The notes beneath the pieces are model-generated. The model did not search any database and was not told the origin of the DNA. It saw nothing but the letters and a program-made list of their open reading frames with translations. Below are positions 50,433-62,290 of a stretch of 64,000 nt of DNA, piece after piece. Each line of letters opens with the position of its first letter. Within the stretch, counting starts at the first letter, position 1. The DNA comes from Callorhinchus milii (lineage: Eukaryota). Position numbers and translations under genes: made by a program. Location: NCBI RefSeq assembly GCF_018977255.1, contig NW_024704743.1, forward strand, positions 26,538,001-26,602,000. Direction: 5' to 3'.

Positions 50433-50657
50433 AATAAGCAACTGGCTCTTGGTGATAAGATGGACCTGGCCTCCTACTTGCTGAAGCCTATCCAGCGGAT
50501 GAGCAAGTATGCGTTACTGTTGAAGGACATGATCAAGGAGTGCAGCAAAGCGCAGGAGCAGGAACTCGCTGATCTCCAAGGAGCTGAGGAAATGGTCAAG
50601 TTTCAACTTCGTCATGGGAATGACTTGCTGGCCATGGATGCCATCCGAGGGTGCGAT
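50433..50657 (+). CDS. PLEKHG4B: Coding exon p (225 bp): DH domain end
   Basis: ttctgcag|AATA ... CGAT|gtaagg; YLLKPIQRMSKYALLLK, FQLRHGNDLLAMDAIRGCD. Confidence 0.96.
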
Positions 50658-50770
50658 GTAAGGACATTTCTGTAGTTGTTACAGACAGACTCTGTTTTCT
50701 TCTTTACGTTTTCTTCGGTATTTCTCAGCCATTTGAACAACCTAACCAATATTGACCTCGAGACGAGGAC

Positions 50771-51725
50771 ATTGAATGTAACGTATCTAAATTCGCGGAT
50801 GACACTAAACTAGGTAGGAGAGTAAGCTCTGGGGATAATGCAAAAAAATTGCAACGGGATATAGATAGGCTAGGGGAGTGGGCGATTAGGTGGCAGATGG
50901 AATCTAATGTGGGGAAGTGTGAAGTTATTCACCTAGGTAGAAAAAATAGAAAAACAGATTATTTTCTAGAGGGGGAGAGATTAGATAGTGTTAGTGTGCA
51001 GAGGGATTTGGGTGTCCTTGTACACCAGTCTCAAAAAGTTAGTTTTCAGGTGCAGCAAGCAACTAAGAAGGCGAACGGCATGTTAGCGTTCATTGCAAAA
51101 GGTTTAGAGTACAAAAGTAGGGAAGTCTTGGTGCAACTGTATAGGGCCTTGGTGAGACCACACCTAGAGTATTGTGTGCAGTTTTGGTCTCCTTATTTAA
51201 AAAAGGACATACTTGGCCTAGAGGGGGTGCAGTGTAGATTCACTCGGTTAGTTCCTGGGATGAGGGGACTGACCTATGAGGATCGGCTGAATAAACTAGG
51301 GCTATATTCTCTAGAGTACAGAAGAATTAGGTGAGATCTTATTGAAACATATAAGATTCTTAAAGGGCTGGATAAAGTAGACACTGAGGGTTTGTTTCCC
51401 CTGGTAGGAGAATCTATAACCAGGGGTCACAGTCTTAAAATTAAGGGTCAGCCTTTTAGAACAGAGTTGAGGAAACATTTCTTCACTCCGAGGGTAGTGA
51501 ATTTATGGAATTCACTACCCCAGAAGGCTGTAGATGCTCAGTCCTTGAACATCTTCAAGGCTGAGACTGATAGATTTTTAAAAGACAGAGGGATTGGGGG
51601 ATACGGAGATAGGGCAGGTGATTAGACTTAGGTCAGAAGATCAGCCATGATCTTATCGAATGGCGGGGCAGGCTCGAGGGGCCGAATGGCCTACTCCTGC
51701 TCCTAATTCTTATGTTCTTATGTTC
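50771..51725 (+). mobile_element. 5'-truncated CR1-clade LINE 3' end
   Basis: KFADDTKLG, LYRALVRPHLEYCVQFWSP, RVVNLWNSLP; in-frame stop at 51332; (TTCTTATG)n-type tail. Confidence 0.95.
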
Positions 51726-52114
51726 CTTCCTTTCGCATGGTTTGCCATTTATGATTTTTTTTCTCTCTCTTCCAATTCTCTCTCTTTCCTCTCCAGGAGG
51801 AATTTATTCTATATTTTTCTACATGAATAATCGGTAGAGTTGCTGGAGAGTACCCACCACAAATAAAACTGTGCCTCAATAGAAAGGAAAAGAGATCAAA
51901 GACTTTCGGGTTGTACATGATGGGAACAATTTGAGAGAGAATAATTGATGGATGATCAAATGAAGCAACAAAATGAAAACAGTTACTATTAAATACATCA
52001 TGCCACAAGATTACAGTAGACGTAGGTCTAGAGGGGAGTATGCTTCTTCAAAGTACTCTCCTATTCTATAAGAGATAATAAGATATTACCCAGGTTTCAC
52101 TTTCTTTTGTTTAC

Positions 52115-52500
52115 TAAAACATCTCAAAACGCTTCACATGATACACTGTAAAGTGGAATGACTGTGTATTTTGTCGATGAAACGCAGCAGCCAATTTGCA
52201 CACAGCAATATCACACAAACAGCCATGGAGTGACCAATATTATTTGTTGGCCAGGACACCAGGAGAAACTTTTCGAATAGTGCCATGGAACCTTTAACGT
52301 CCACTTGAACAGGCAGATGGGACCTTGGTTTACTGTTTCATCCGAAGCACGGCACCTTTGACAATACAACCCCCACCCACCCCAGCACTGCACTGGAGGG
52401 TCATCTTAGACTCTGCGATTTAAAGTCCTGACGTGGGGCTTGAACCCACAATCTTCTGACTCAGAGGCAAGAGTACTACCACTTAGCCAAGCGCTGAGCC
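52115..52500 (-). mobile_element. tRNA-Deu SINE family 2
   Basis: ggggcttgaacccacaatcttctgactcagaggcaagagt head; Deu core. Confidence 0.82.
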
Positions 52501-53757
52501 ATACAATAAAATTTATGCTTTTAAAAATAGTGAATGAAAATGATCATCATTTATTATATTTATGTACTCATATTTCAAAATAGAAACACCTCCCAATCTG
52601 TGTGGAAAAACGTAGCATAGGGAGCCAGGCTGGGTTTCTCAAGGATTCAGTGATAAATACTGTAACTGGTGCAAAGTGCATGGGAGAGTGCTTTAGATAA
52701 AGCACATTCTCGGCAAAATCCAGGAACAAGCAAAACTTTCTTCCCGCCAATAATTCTGCCTTTCAGTTATCCACTTACCCAGCAGTGGCTGGTCATGGGC
52801 CATTGGTGGGCGATATAGCTTTCAATCACTAGATGAGTTAACTCACTAGATATTTTTCTGGAGTACAACAACATTGAGTACAGCTTGGATGCTTCCAGAA
52901 TGGCTAAAAGCTTCTGACTACTGTGAAACCATATGGATGTAAACTCAGATTTTGTTACATTTATAATCAGCAATATTCATATGTCACTGCAATCCATGAT
53001 AGTAAGAAACTAAATGCATTCTCCCATGAGTTATACCGGGTGCAGTATGCATTTAATTAATCTACCAGGCAGAATTCAATCATTGCTCTGACACATACAC
53101 TGATTGCTTCTAGCAGGAAAAGGGAGAAGACTCACAATAGTAATTTTGAAGTGGGTTAACCTGCATCTCCTACAGGCCAAGGCAGCTCCTATGCCCTGTT
53201 GTACCATATGTTATGTAACACAGCAGTGAAATGGCCAAAATGTGCTTTCTGATCTGTTATAGCTATCCATTTCAGAACTGCAGTAAATGGGAGCAAAGAG
53301 AGCTGGTGACCCTTGCTTTTGTATGAATTTTCTCCCTAAAACCTGTCACAGTATATTTGCAATACAGTCTCCAAATAGCACCAAAAATGTATAATAATAA
53401 TCTGATGAAAATTAAGTGAGCTGCAGACCACACTGAAGTTGCTGCTCATTATGTAGTTGGTTTTAAATACAGATTATAATTTGGCTGCTAATGGACAGCA
53501 AATGGAAATCATCTATCAGCCAATCTTTTCTCCTTTGTTTCCAATTTGACCACCAACAACTTGTATTTGCACAGTATCTTTCATGTCTCAAATGAATGTC
53601 TCAAAGCACTTAATACATTATACAGTCATTTATTAAGTTGATGTAAGAGTAATTAAAGCACAGCATGGAGTTTGATCTGATAGAACATCATATATAGATT
53701 TAATATAATGTAGTATATATACTGTGTACTGTTAAGATTGTAGTTTATAAATTAAAT

Positions 53758-54055
53758 ATAATAATCCTTGCGTTTGACATAGCGCTTTTCACCTCTTCTA
53801 GATATCTCAAAACGCTTTACAGTAAAGTGAATTGACAGTATATTTTGTGGGTGAAATACGGCAGCCAATTGCACACAGCAGTGTCCCACAAACAGTCATG
53901 GATTGAGTGACCAAATTACTATTGTTTTTTTTCTTCAGCGATTATTATCAGGTGTGTGGAGTAAGGAAACTTGCCCAAGGTTCTGCCCTGCTGGGAATCA
54001 AACCTAGGTCTCTCGCTTGTGAGGCGAGTGCTCTAACCGCCGAGCTACAGGACTC
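53758..54055 (-). mobile_element. Full-length tRNA-Deu SINE (family 1)
   Basis: Same head, core and tail as 43541-43864. Confidence 0.9.
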
Positions 54056-54534
54056 TTAAATTGTGCTGTTTAGTACTGTTAAGTGCTTTGGGACGTCTTC
54101 TTGGTGTGAAAACGGCTATATAAATGTAAATCTGCATTGTTTTAAATGCAACACAATGCCAAATCTTTCAAGAAATATATTGTGTAGTTGTAAAGCTTTC
54201 CTGCAGTTGTAATTACAAAGAAAGCCTCAGGTACTCTCTCTGATCTGTAACCTGTTAAGTTGGGAGCCATCAATTTTGTGTGGTAATTCAACGTAACTAT
54301 CAAAACAGGTTGGTCCATTGCGCAAGAGTGAATTCAGCTTGTAAATTACAATATTCTGATCCACACATGAGAACCGATAGTCAGTCTTGAGTCTTGAAGT
54401 CATGGGTGAACTTTAGAAATCAGACAACAAAAGATTGACATAAAATTTTCATCATATCCTTTGGAATTTGGGTAGTAAGTACCATGTTGTGTTACAGTGC
54501 TTTATCCAGTGATTGTGAGCTCCTTCGCTTTTAG

Positions 54535-54705
54535 GTGAATCTCAAAGAGCAAGGACAGCTGATGTGTCAGGAAGAATTCATTGTTTGGTGCGGACGCAAA
54601 AAATACTTGAGACACATCTTCCTGTTTGAAGATCTCATTCTCTTCAGCAAAACAAAAAAGATTGATGGAGGATATGATGTCTACATTTACAAGCAATCAT
54701 TTAAG
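54535..54705 (+). CDS. PLEKHG4B: Coding exon q (171 bp): PH domain start
   Basis: cttttag|GTGA ... TAAG|gtctgg; [23 protein letters not shown]. Confidence 0.96.
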
Positions 54706-54987
54706 GTCTGGAAAAGCGATTTTAATTGTGAATTGTAATAGTTTTGTACCCATTGATTTGAACTTGAAGATTTTACGCAATGCATAGCATCTCCTATAAT
54801 AATTTATACGTGGATTTCATACATACTGTAATTATTTACGAGAGTCTAACCATCTGAAAATCTTCCAGTTCATTTTAATCTGCTTGTTATTATGCCCAAA
54901 TGCAGCTTTCTTAAAGGTAGCTATAACGATGATAAAACTGCTTGCTGATATATTACATGTATCTTCATTGACTTTCTCTAATTTTAG

Positions 54988-55165
54988 ACCGCGGAAATTG
55001 GAATGACCGAGAATGTTGGGGACAGTGGACTTCGTTTTGAGATTTGGTTCAGGAGAAGGAAATCTCACGACACGTACATCTTTCAGGCCAGCTCCTCTGA
55101 AGTCAAACTAACCTGGACCAGCGTTATAGGGAAAATCTTGTGGCGACAAGCCCTAAGAAACCGAG
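54988..55165 (+). CDS. PLEKHG4B: Coding exon r (178 bp): PH domain end
   Basis: attttag|ACCG ... CGAG|gtatgt; [34 protein letters not shown]; phase 0->1. Confidence 0.96.
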
Positions 55166-55689
55166 GTATGTCAACGAGTAAAGCCTGGCGCTTTGATGGA
55201 CAGATTACGAGAAAATAATTCTTTGTAAAATTTGGTTAGTGGAAATTTTCATATTGATGAAGCGTTTAAAAGTAGAGACATGTATCTGAGTTACAAAGAA
55301 CAAGCTTTTCCTTTGTATCTATTAAGAGAATCAAATTAAGACTGTGGTGACTTGGTTAAGTTGTTTTCTGATGCCGCATTTATTCCATTACCAAGAATAA
55401 CAACAACTGGATCATTTCAGTGCAGGTCCAAAGTCTGCAGTGACTTCCACAGACCATAAATTACTAGGACTGGTGTTTGAGGCAAGGATCTCTAAGAAAC
55501 AGCTTGATACTATAAAGGGGTAACATGGTAGGGCTTGTATTGTGGAAGGATGAAGTCTATTTATCCTAGAGGGAAGAAAATTGTACAGTGAGTTAAAGTA
55601 TCTGAGGGAATACAAAACATGAGATGGCATTGACACCATACCTTAGCGTATACAGTACTCGCACATGAGGGGAGTAGATGAATATTTGG

Positions 55690-55840
55690 GGCATCAAAGG
55701 ACATAGTCAAAGAACAATGAAATAAAACTTTTTTTGAAATAATTAAGTATGGGATTAAATTGCAGATCAGCCATGATCTAATAAAAAAGTGGAGAAGGCT
55801 CGACAGGCTGAATTGTTTACTCCTGTTCCTATGTTCTAAC
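55690..55840 (+). mobile_element. CR1 3' tail fragment
   Basis: gatcagccatgatct...tactcctgttcctatgttc matches the 51640-51725 tail. Confidence 0.7.
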
Positions 55841-56158
55841 ACCAAATTCCCTCTTATGTGTACTTTGCAGAGTAAGCAGAGAGCCGTGAGCAATTTTCAG
55901 AGTAGACCTTTTTAAATACTTTTGTTTCAAATGCTTCCCCTTTGAAAACTAATAAAATACATGGTGCTTTGCAAAAATCCCTGGCTTCGAAATAGACAGC
56001 ACTCTAAAAATGTTTCCAATTTTGTGCTCATCATTGGAGGGCTGTGTTTTTAACTGTTGGATATATCCCTGGTGCCAAAATACTCTACGGGTCGATAGTT
56101 CTTTCCCCAGGATAGTTTTGCAGAGATATTCTATTGATCATTAAAGTTTTCATTACAG

Positions 56159-56275
56159 AACTGAGAATGCAAGAGATGGTGTCCATGGGAATAGGCAATA
56201 AACCATTTATGGACATTAAGCCCAGCGAAGCAGCGATCAGTGACCGTGCAATTGATTATATCATGAAAGGTACAG
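56159..56275 (+). CDS. PLEKHG4B: Coding exon s (117 bp), ELRMQEMVSMGIGNKPFMDIKP...KGT
   Basis: attacag|AACT ... ACAG|gtgcgt; conserved post-PH motif; phase 1->1. Confidence 0.95.
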
Positions 56276-57333
56276 GTGCGTAAAAGCTAACAGATCCAGG
56301 ATGCAGTTTAACTAATTGTTTACCAAATAACCTTGTGACATTTCTACCCTTTCAATGCATCTACAATGCTTGATCATGTCTCAGAGTTTCTCCAGGTGTC
56401 TTGGTCAGAAATCCCCAAATAAAATTACCACTCACTTCATAGCTGTTTGTTGGACATTACTGTGTACAAATTGGCCAACAAATCCACACTTCACAGCAAA
56501 ATCCTGTGAAATGCTATGAGGGGTCTTGAGGATGTGATAAGGCGCTGTATTAAATGCTAGGATTATTATTATCATTTACTGGCCTGCAAGAATTTTATGC
56601 ACATTGTACGGTGTAAAGTTGAATTTTTAATTTTCCCTTCCTTCTCCAAGATAGGGATGTTTAATTTTTTTCCCCTTCAATTTTTTCCCTTTTTCCTCTC
56701 CTGAAATGATCATCAATCATTATTCGGTAACTAACCACACAGACCTTCATGTGTGAGCCTAGACTGTGGGGGTTGGCAGATCGTTCAGCTATGGAGGGTA
56801 TCATGGTTGAGCCTGAATTGTTTTTTCCACTTACAGATACTCTCTCATTGGATAGTGACCATTGGGAGAGGGCAGTGGATTTTCCTATTCTTAACTAGCT
56901 AACTACTGCTAACTCGGTTGAGATTGGTTAAGTCAGCACAAACCAGGAATTAAACCTGTGACCTTCCTGCTTTAGCAGCTCATTTTTCACAATGAATATA
57001 CCAAGTGAAGTATCAGAGGAGCCGAAAATCCCAAATACAAATTAACACAATAATTTAATGGTGCAATCTTTCGATGCATGTTTTGAGATATAGAGATTGC
57101 ACAAGCAAATAACAAATTAAATGCGGTAACATTTAAACACTTTAATTTTCAACCATGTAGGTGAGAGAAAAGGTTATTCAATATCTGAATTAGACTCTCG
57201 CTGAGCCATTCGTATAAAATTAAGACTGAAGGGTCCTGAAAAGGAATCTAATTAATCCGTACTTTTTTGTTGTCTCTCATGATATGTGTGACATTTTCAC
57301 TTGAATTATTTTCACTGTGTTTATATTTTCTAG

Positions 57334-57603
57334 AATCCAGGACACGAGCATCAATAGCAGTGTCCTCGTTTGACCACTCAGTACCCTTTAAAAGGCCCCA
57401 TTCCACCATCTCCAACAGCAGCACATCTTCCTCCAGCAGCCAGTCATCCTCTTCCATACTGGGAACTCTCAATCTTCACATGCATTCAAATTCACCATAT
57501 GTAGGACCACATGGGACACCTTATAACCACTGGTCCTATGACATTGGGACTTGCATTGAAGAAGATGAACTGGAGCAAGAAACTGGAAGCCAACCTTCCA
57601 TGA
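57334..57603 (+). CDS. PLEKHG4B: Coding exon t (270 bp): Ser-rich tail
   Basis: ttttctag|AATC ... CATGA|gtaagt; RASIAVSSFDH, FKRPHSTIS, CIEEDE; phase 1->1. Confidence 0.93.
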
Positions 57604-58163
57604 GTAAGTCTTGAAAGCCTAGGTCCTCTTCATGGGTTGAATCTCTCAAATATTTAGTGCACGCTTTGCTCTGTTTTCTGATGTGTTATGAATTGCGATT
57701 CAGGCACTGGTATATTGGGTAGGCCTGCACTTATTCAGTCAGATCTCGACATTGGAGGAACATTTCCTTTATGAAAATAAGTGTATTAAATTATGGGAAT
57801 AAAATGTAGCATTTTTAAATGGGAATGTGGTACAAATGGGAACTCTTTCCTGAACCGGAAGTACGTGATGCCAAGCTGTGACAACTCCACTCCTACACAT
57901 CTTACTTCTGGAGTGACTCCTGGATCATCCACCAACACCACAATTTGAAAAAAATGGTAAAAAACATTGATCTGCTGACAAAGCAATTCTGTTTTGAAAT
58001 GTTGGTGCAAAGTTTTAAGTAAGTAAGAACTGCCAGCCAGCCCACGGGAAACAGTTTTCATCAGACCATTGACCTCGTTCAGAACATGAGGAAAGTCAAT
58101 TATACACTTTCCCTCATTTAGATAACCACTTCTCTCGGTGCTCTAAATCACAGTCTTGAATCA

Positions 58164-58490
58164 CCCTGGCTCAGTTGCTTCTGTGTCAGAAGATTTGTGG
58201 GCTCAATCCCACGTTGAGATTCAGAACTCACATAGTCCTTGTTGACACTCCAGTGCAGTGCTAGAGATGTGCTGCATTGTCAGAGGTGCCAACTTTGGAA
58301 TGAGGCATTAAACCAAGGTCCTGTCTGCCTGTCCTGGTGGGCGTTAAAGATCTCATTGTATTATTTGAAAGAGAAGGCAGTTTCTCGGGGAGTCCTGCCC
58401 AGCAATTTCCCCCCAAAAAAAGTGTTTTGAGATATTTCAACATTTTCAACATGATAAGGCCCAATATCAAATGATTATTATTATTAACAT
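58164..58490 (+). mobile_element. tRNA SINE family 2, internally deleted
   Basis: ccctggctcagttg head; tgtcagaggtgcc body; tail. Confidence 0.7.
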
Positions 58491-58707
58491 TGACTGTTGG
58501 GAGTCTATTCAACCACTGGGGATATCAATTCAATACAATATAGCACCTTTCACATTAGGTGGTTGTCGCTGCTGGTTGGCAACCGAGCTGGGGGTGGAAG
58601 AAGATTGAAGAGGAATAAAATGCAATTGAGAACAAAAAACCTCTACAGGAATGGTTCTTTTCAGAGTAATCCTGCATTAAAGGAATTCCCTTTTTTGTGT
58701 GTTCCAG

Positions 58708-58925
58708 TTACAGAAAGTTCAGAGACTTCATCTCAATGTACTTCAGGGGAGAGCATCAGTGGATTCAGCAACTCAGCTCAGACATGCATGTCCCAGCTTC
58801 CCAATGAAACATTTTCTGATGACGCTTCCAATGCTGACACTAAGACAGATTGTCATTACACATCCTTCAGTCTTTCCCCAAGGACCCAGACACCTAAACC
58901 ACTGAAGAACCAGTATATTACAGCA
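58708..58925 (+). CDS. PLEKHG4B: Coding exon u (218 bp), ITESSETSSQCT...NQYITA
   Basis: gttccag|TTAC ... AGCA|gtaagt; phase 1->0. Confidence 0.88.
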
Positions 58926-59169
58926 GTAAGTACTTGCTTTGTGTACTATAAACATGATTATGTGGGGCAATGTATATATAGAGAACTAAAACAAGAAAAT
59001 GTTAACAAGTCTGCAAACAGTCAAATTCAAAGTTTGTATCTGAATATTGAGGAGGCGTTGTATTTACTATGGAATATTTATTTTGCTTTGTTACTAAATA
59101 AAAAATACTTATAAAAAAAGGGTTGCTCAACTTCTGACCTGAAGAAGATGCGCCTTTGGCGTGTATCTG

Positions 59170-59746
59170 AGCGGGGGGGGTCTCCTTGGAGTGGAACTGG
59201 CTCCAAGGTGATGTGCTTGGCAGCAGAATGTCGGCATGGAGCCAGCCCTCTGTGGCGGTCATGGTAGTCCAGTTACTGAGCCAGGCAGGTCCAGGGCATT
59301 GCTGATGACAGCACAGCCAGCCTGGCTCATCGGCAGACCTGGAAGGGCAGATCAGTCACTGGGGGTAGGGATTTACCCACTCTGCTCCTGTTAACACTGC
59401 AAGTCTAATGGGTAGGGTGGCCCTAGCTGGACAAGCAGCAGGAAAGCTTGCCCGACAGCAATATCAATGGCAAGCTATGTGGTTTTGGCTGGTTAGACTC
59501 CAGCAGTATCCCAATACACACTCTGCGGTCCCAAGCCTTTGCTCTTGCCAACCTATGATTAATACTTTCCGGAATTAGGTAAGTGAGAGGCGTCCCTCCA
59601 TGGAGAGAGTGTACATTAGCTTCCAACAATTTATCTCTGGGATTTCCATGTGTAGGTGTGATGCATGGAATTCTCAGTTTGGTTTGGATACTCTTAAGCA
59701 TGGTGATGGGTTTCCGTGTGTGTCAGACACCCGGCTTACCAAAAAA
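59170..59746. repeat. Family X repeat, long copy
   Basis: Colinear with 29398-29973. Confidence 0.85.
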
Positions 59747-61370
59747 CATAGTGTGAAAGGTTTAAGTTCAATCCCTGTTGAGTGTTGATTTAATTGATAT
59801 TAGTCAGTAAGGGGCACTCTCATTGGTCTTTGTGCCCCTGGATAAAGCCCTTAAACATCTTGAAAAATTCAGTCAGACGTATTGAAAGTATCACTTTGAA
59901 TAATACAATATAAAATTATATTTGGAAAGCCCCTTTCATGTTGGGAGGATGTCCCAAGGGGCTGAACATCAGGTCAACACACTCACCTTACAGGCTCAAG
60001 GATATATGTCCTGGTGTAAGTCAGCTTCTCCTGGAACGGGAGATTTTTTTTGTGGTTTTAATTTGGTTTATTCACTGTCTTGGCAGAGGAAAGCCTCACA
60101 TGTAACAATAGGCCTCTCAACACTGGTTTGACTTGCAAGCGTTTGACCCAGTTAGTTCAGTAAGTAATTGGCTTTTATCAGTTGAATAGTAATGAAACTA
60201 ATAAATGTTGAACTAAAGCAGATCTAAGTGGTGATTTACTGGACAATAACCCAAACGGGAGAATAACGGAGACTGTCAGCATGTTTTAAACAGTGTGATT
60301 AATCACAAGCTTGTTTGTGGGTGTTTACTTCTCTGTAACAATTAACAAGGTTGTGTTTATCAAGGTGAATGGGCTCTCTGGTTGAAGCTGAACTGATCTT
60401 TCTCTCAATATCTCTGTGAAATAACCAGCAGGGTTTTGTTTTTACATTCACTAACCTTAAAGTATCAAGATCTCTTTTTTGAATAAAAAGAGTATTTAAC
60501 GATGGGTCTGAAATGCTAACGTTCTGTTGACACGAACAAATGTGGCTCAGTCTATTTTGTGGCATGCACCAATCTTCTTCAATAGCTGATGTGAATACAG
60601 ATTTACACAGGGCTTGAGTTTTTGCATTGGATATTGTAGAGGCACATATTGTAGGTGGATTTTTTTTAAAAACGGGTCTAAACCACTGTGGTGACATTTT
60701 CTATATATAATATATATTTTACCATTGTATGAATTCGGATCCATCTGATGTAGAATGATGTCACCTCACAGGGATGCTGTCTCCAGTAAGGTTGGCATCT
60801 TCTGCAATAATTAAGAAGAGTGGAGCCACTTCTTATCCTTCACTTCTTTTTGAACGCTCTTCCCTGTCACTCTTGCCCCATTCATTTTCTGTCTACTCTG
60901 GCCCATCCACACCCCTTTGCCCATTATTAGCCTAAATCTCTCTTAAACTCGCATGCTATGACCCCACGTCCACTGTCTTAGGCCTCTGAAGAGTAGCAAA
61001 TGCAAAATTTAGAACAAGGATTTGCAAACAAAAACAACGGGAGTCACAAATAGTAAATCCTGTGATTGACAGTAGAATGTCACGCAGTGACTTACTCCCG
61101 TGAGCTGCAATGATACAGAGCCTGTTGGCTTACAGAGATGGGAATCGCGAAAGAACTGCTGAAAGAATAATGGTATCAACTTTCTACTGCTTGTCTAGCA
61201 ATTAAATTCAAGCCCTGAGTAAGGATAGTCACTTGTAGAAGCATCTTCTTCGAAACTTTTACCAGTCTGTGATGCCTGAATTTGTTTGTCTGGTTTCGCT
61301 TCATCCTTGCTGAAGTTGTTGTTCTTGGATTGGTAATTCCTGTTAAAATGTAGAATTTTGTGTTAAACAG

Positions 61371-61376
61371 CTCTGA
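61371..61376 (+). CDS. PLEKHG4B: Probable terminal coding exon: Leu + stop (C-terminus ...YITAL*)
   Basis: ttttgtgttaaacag|CTC TGA in the required phase 0, followed by repeat-poor, AU-rich UTR-like sequence. Confidence 0.55.
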   Translation, partial: L

Positions 61377-62290
61377 ATCTAAGAACATTCAGAACTTCGT
61401 GAAGATGATTTTGTTTGCATGGCATCCACCGATCTGAACCAGTTGATTGACAACATGACCAGATTACGAAGGAAAATAAAATAGTTAGAATATTGGCACA
61501 GAAGACATCAGAAGCTGATGGGTGAACAAAAGGATGCCTGGGACCCTTTAACTGGCCTGAAACAGTAATCATGGACACTGTATTATAAATCAACATCACA
61601 GCGTTGCTCTTAACCTTAAGGGGTAATTATGAAGCAACTATATGTAGATATATACATATATATTATATATAATTTTTTTAAAAGTTCTTTTTAATTATTA
61701 TTGTGTTCTGTACATAACAAGAAGTGCCTTAACTGCATGACCTTTTTTGTGAAATTTATGGTGACTTTGGCTTTGATCAAAACAAAACATCACTGTAAAT
61801 GTGGATTAATTCTCTAATTCCATCTAATGTACAAATGAAATTTCGTAGCGACTTTATATCCATGTAAATATTTATTGTTACTTTTTGGGGGTTTCCAATA
61901 TAACCCTGGATGAAACAGGTTGTTCACCTTTTCCTGGATTTCCACATTTGTATACATCAGAAACTTTTTTTGATCTTTTTCGCAATTGTGCTCTTGATTC
62001 TTTTGTAATGAATGTTTTTTCCTCCTTCGAGGTGCATGTATTTTTTATTGAGCCAGCTATCTTTTATATACTTTTGGCTGCAGGTGAATTGCAGAGCAGA
62101 CATTCCCACAATGAGTTTGGCAGATGTGATTATGCATTGCTGGATCAGTACAGTCAAGTGATCTGCTTGACTCCAAGCATTACGTGTGCTGGAAGCCTGC
62201 ATTCCTTGAACTAGCCTGGTAGATGAGAAGCCAAACCAGGAGAGTTGTGGAAAGATCACAATTGTTTATTGTTTGCTTTTGTTCTACCCA
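61377..62290 (+). promoter_or_regulatory. Probable 3' UTR with Pumilio-type elements
   Basis: TGTACATA at 61709, TGTAAATA at 61863, near-match TGTAGATA at 61643; U-rich tracts; AATAAA near 61475; 3' end uncertain. Confidence 0.45.

Larger units (their letters stand above)
10852..61376 (+). other. PLEKHG4B: Span of PLEKHG4B-like (puratrophin/Solo family) Rho GEF gene, 5' exon(s) outside the window; 22 coding exons, ~1748 aa
   Basis: All exons are bounded by AG/GT and phases are mutually consistent (5247 nt). Family motifs: HEGWPLCVHEKVVVQLA, DH (EMIATEREYVKSL, YLLKPIQRMSKYALLLK), PH ([14 protein letters not shown]), tail (KRPHSTISNSSTSSSSSQSSS). Paralog choice (PLEKHG4B vs PLEKHG4/quattro) rests on recalled C-terminal similarity. 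Confidence 0.8.

Noticed and set aside
59301..59345. CTGATGA / CTGACGA (29534) followed by a hairpin, suggesting a hammerhead ribozyme
   Set aside because: No GAAA after the putative stem II and no stems I/III; the motif is not kept in the 9941 copy.
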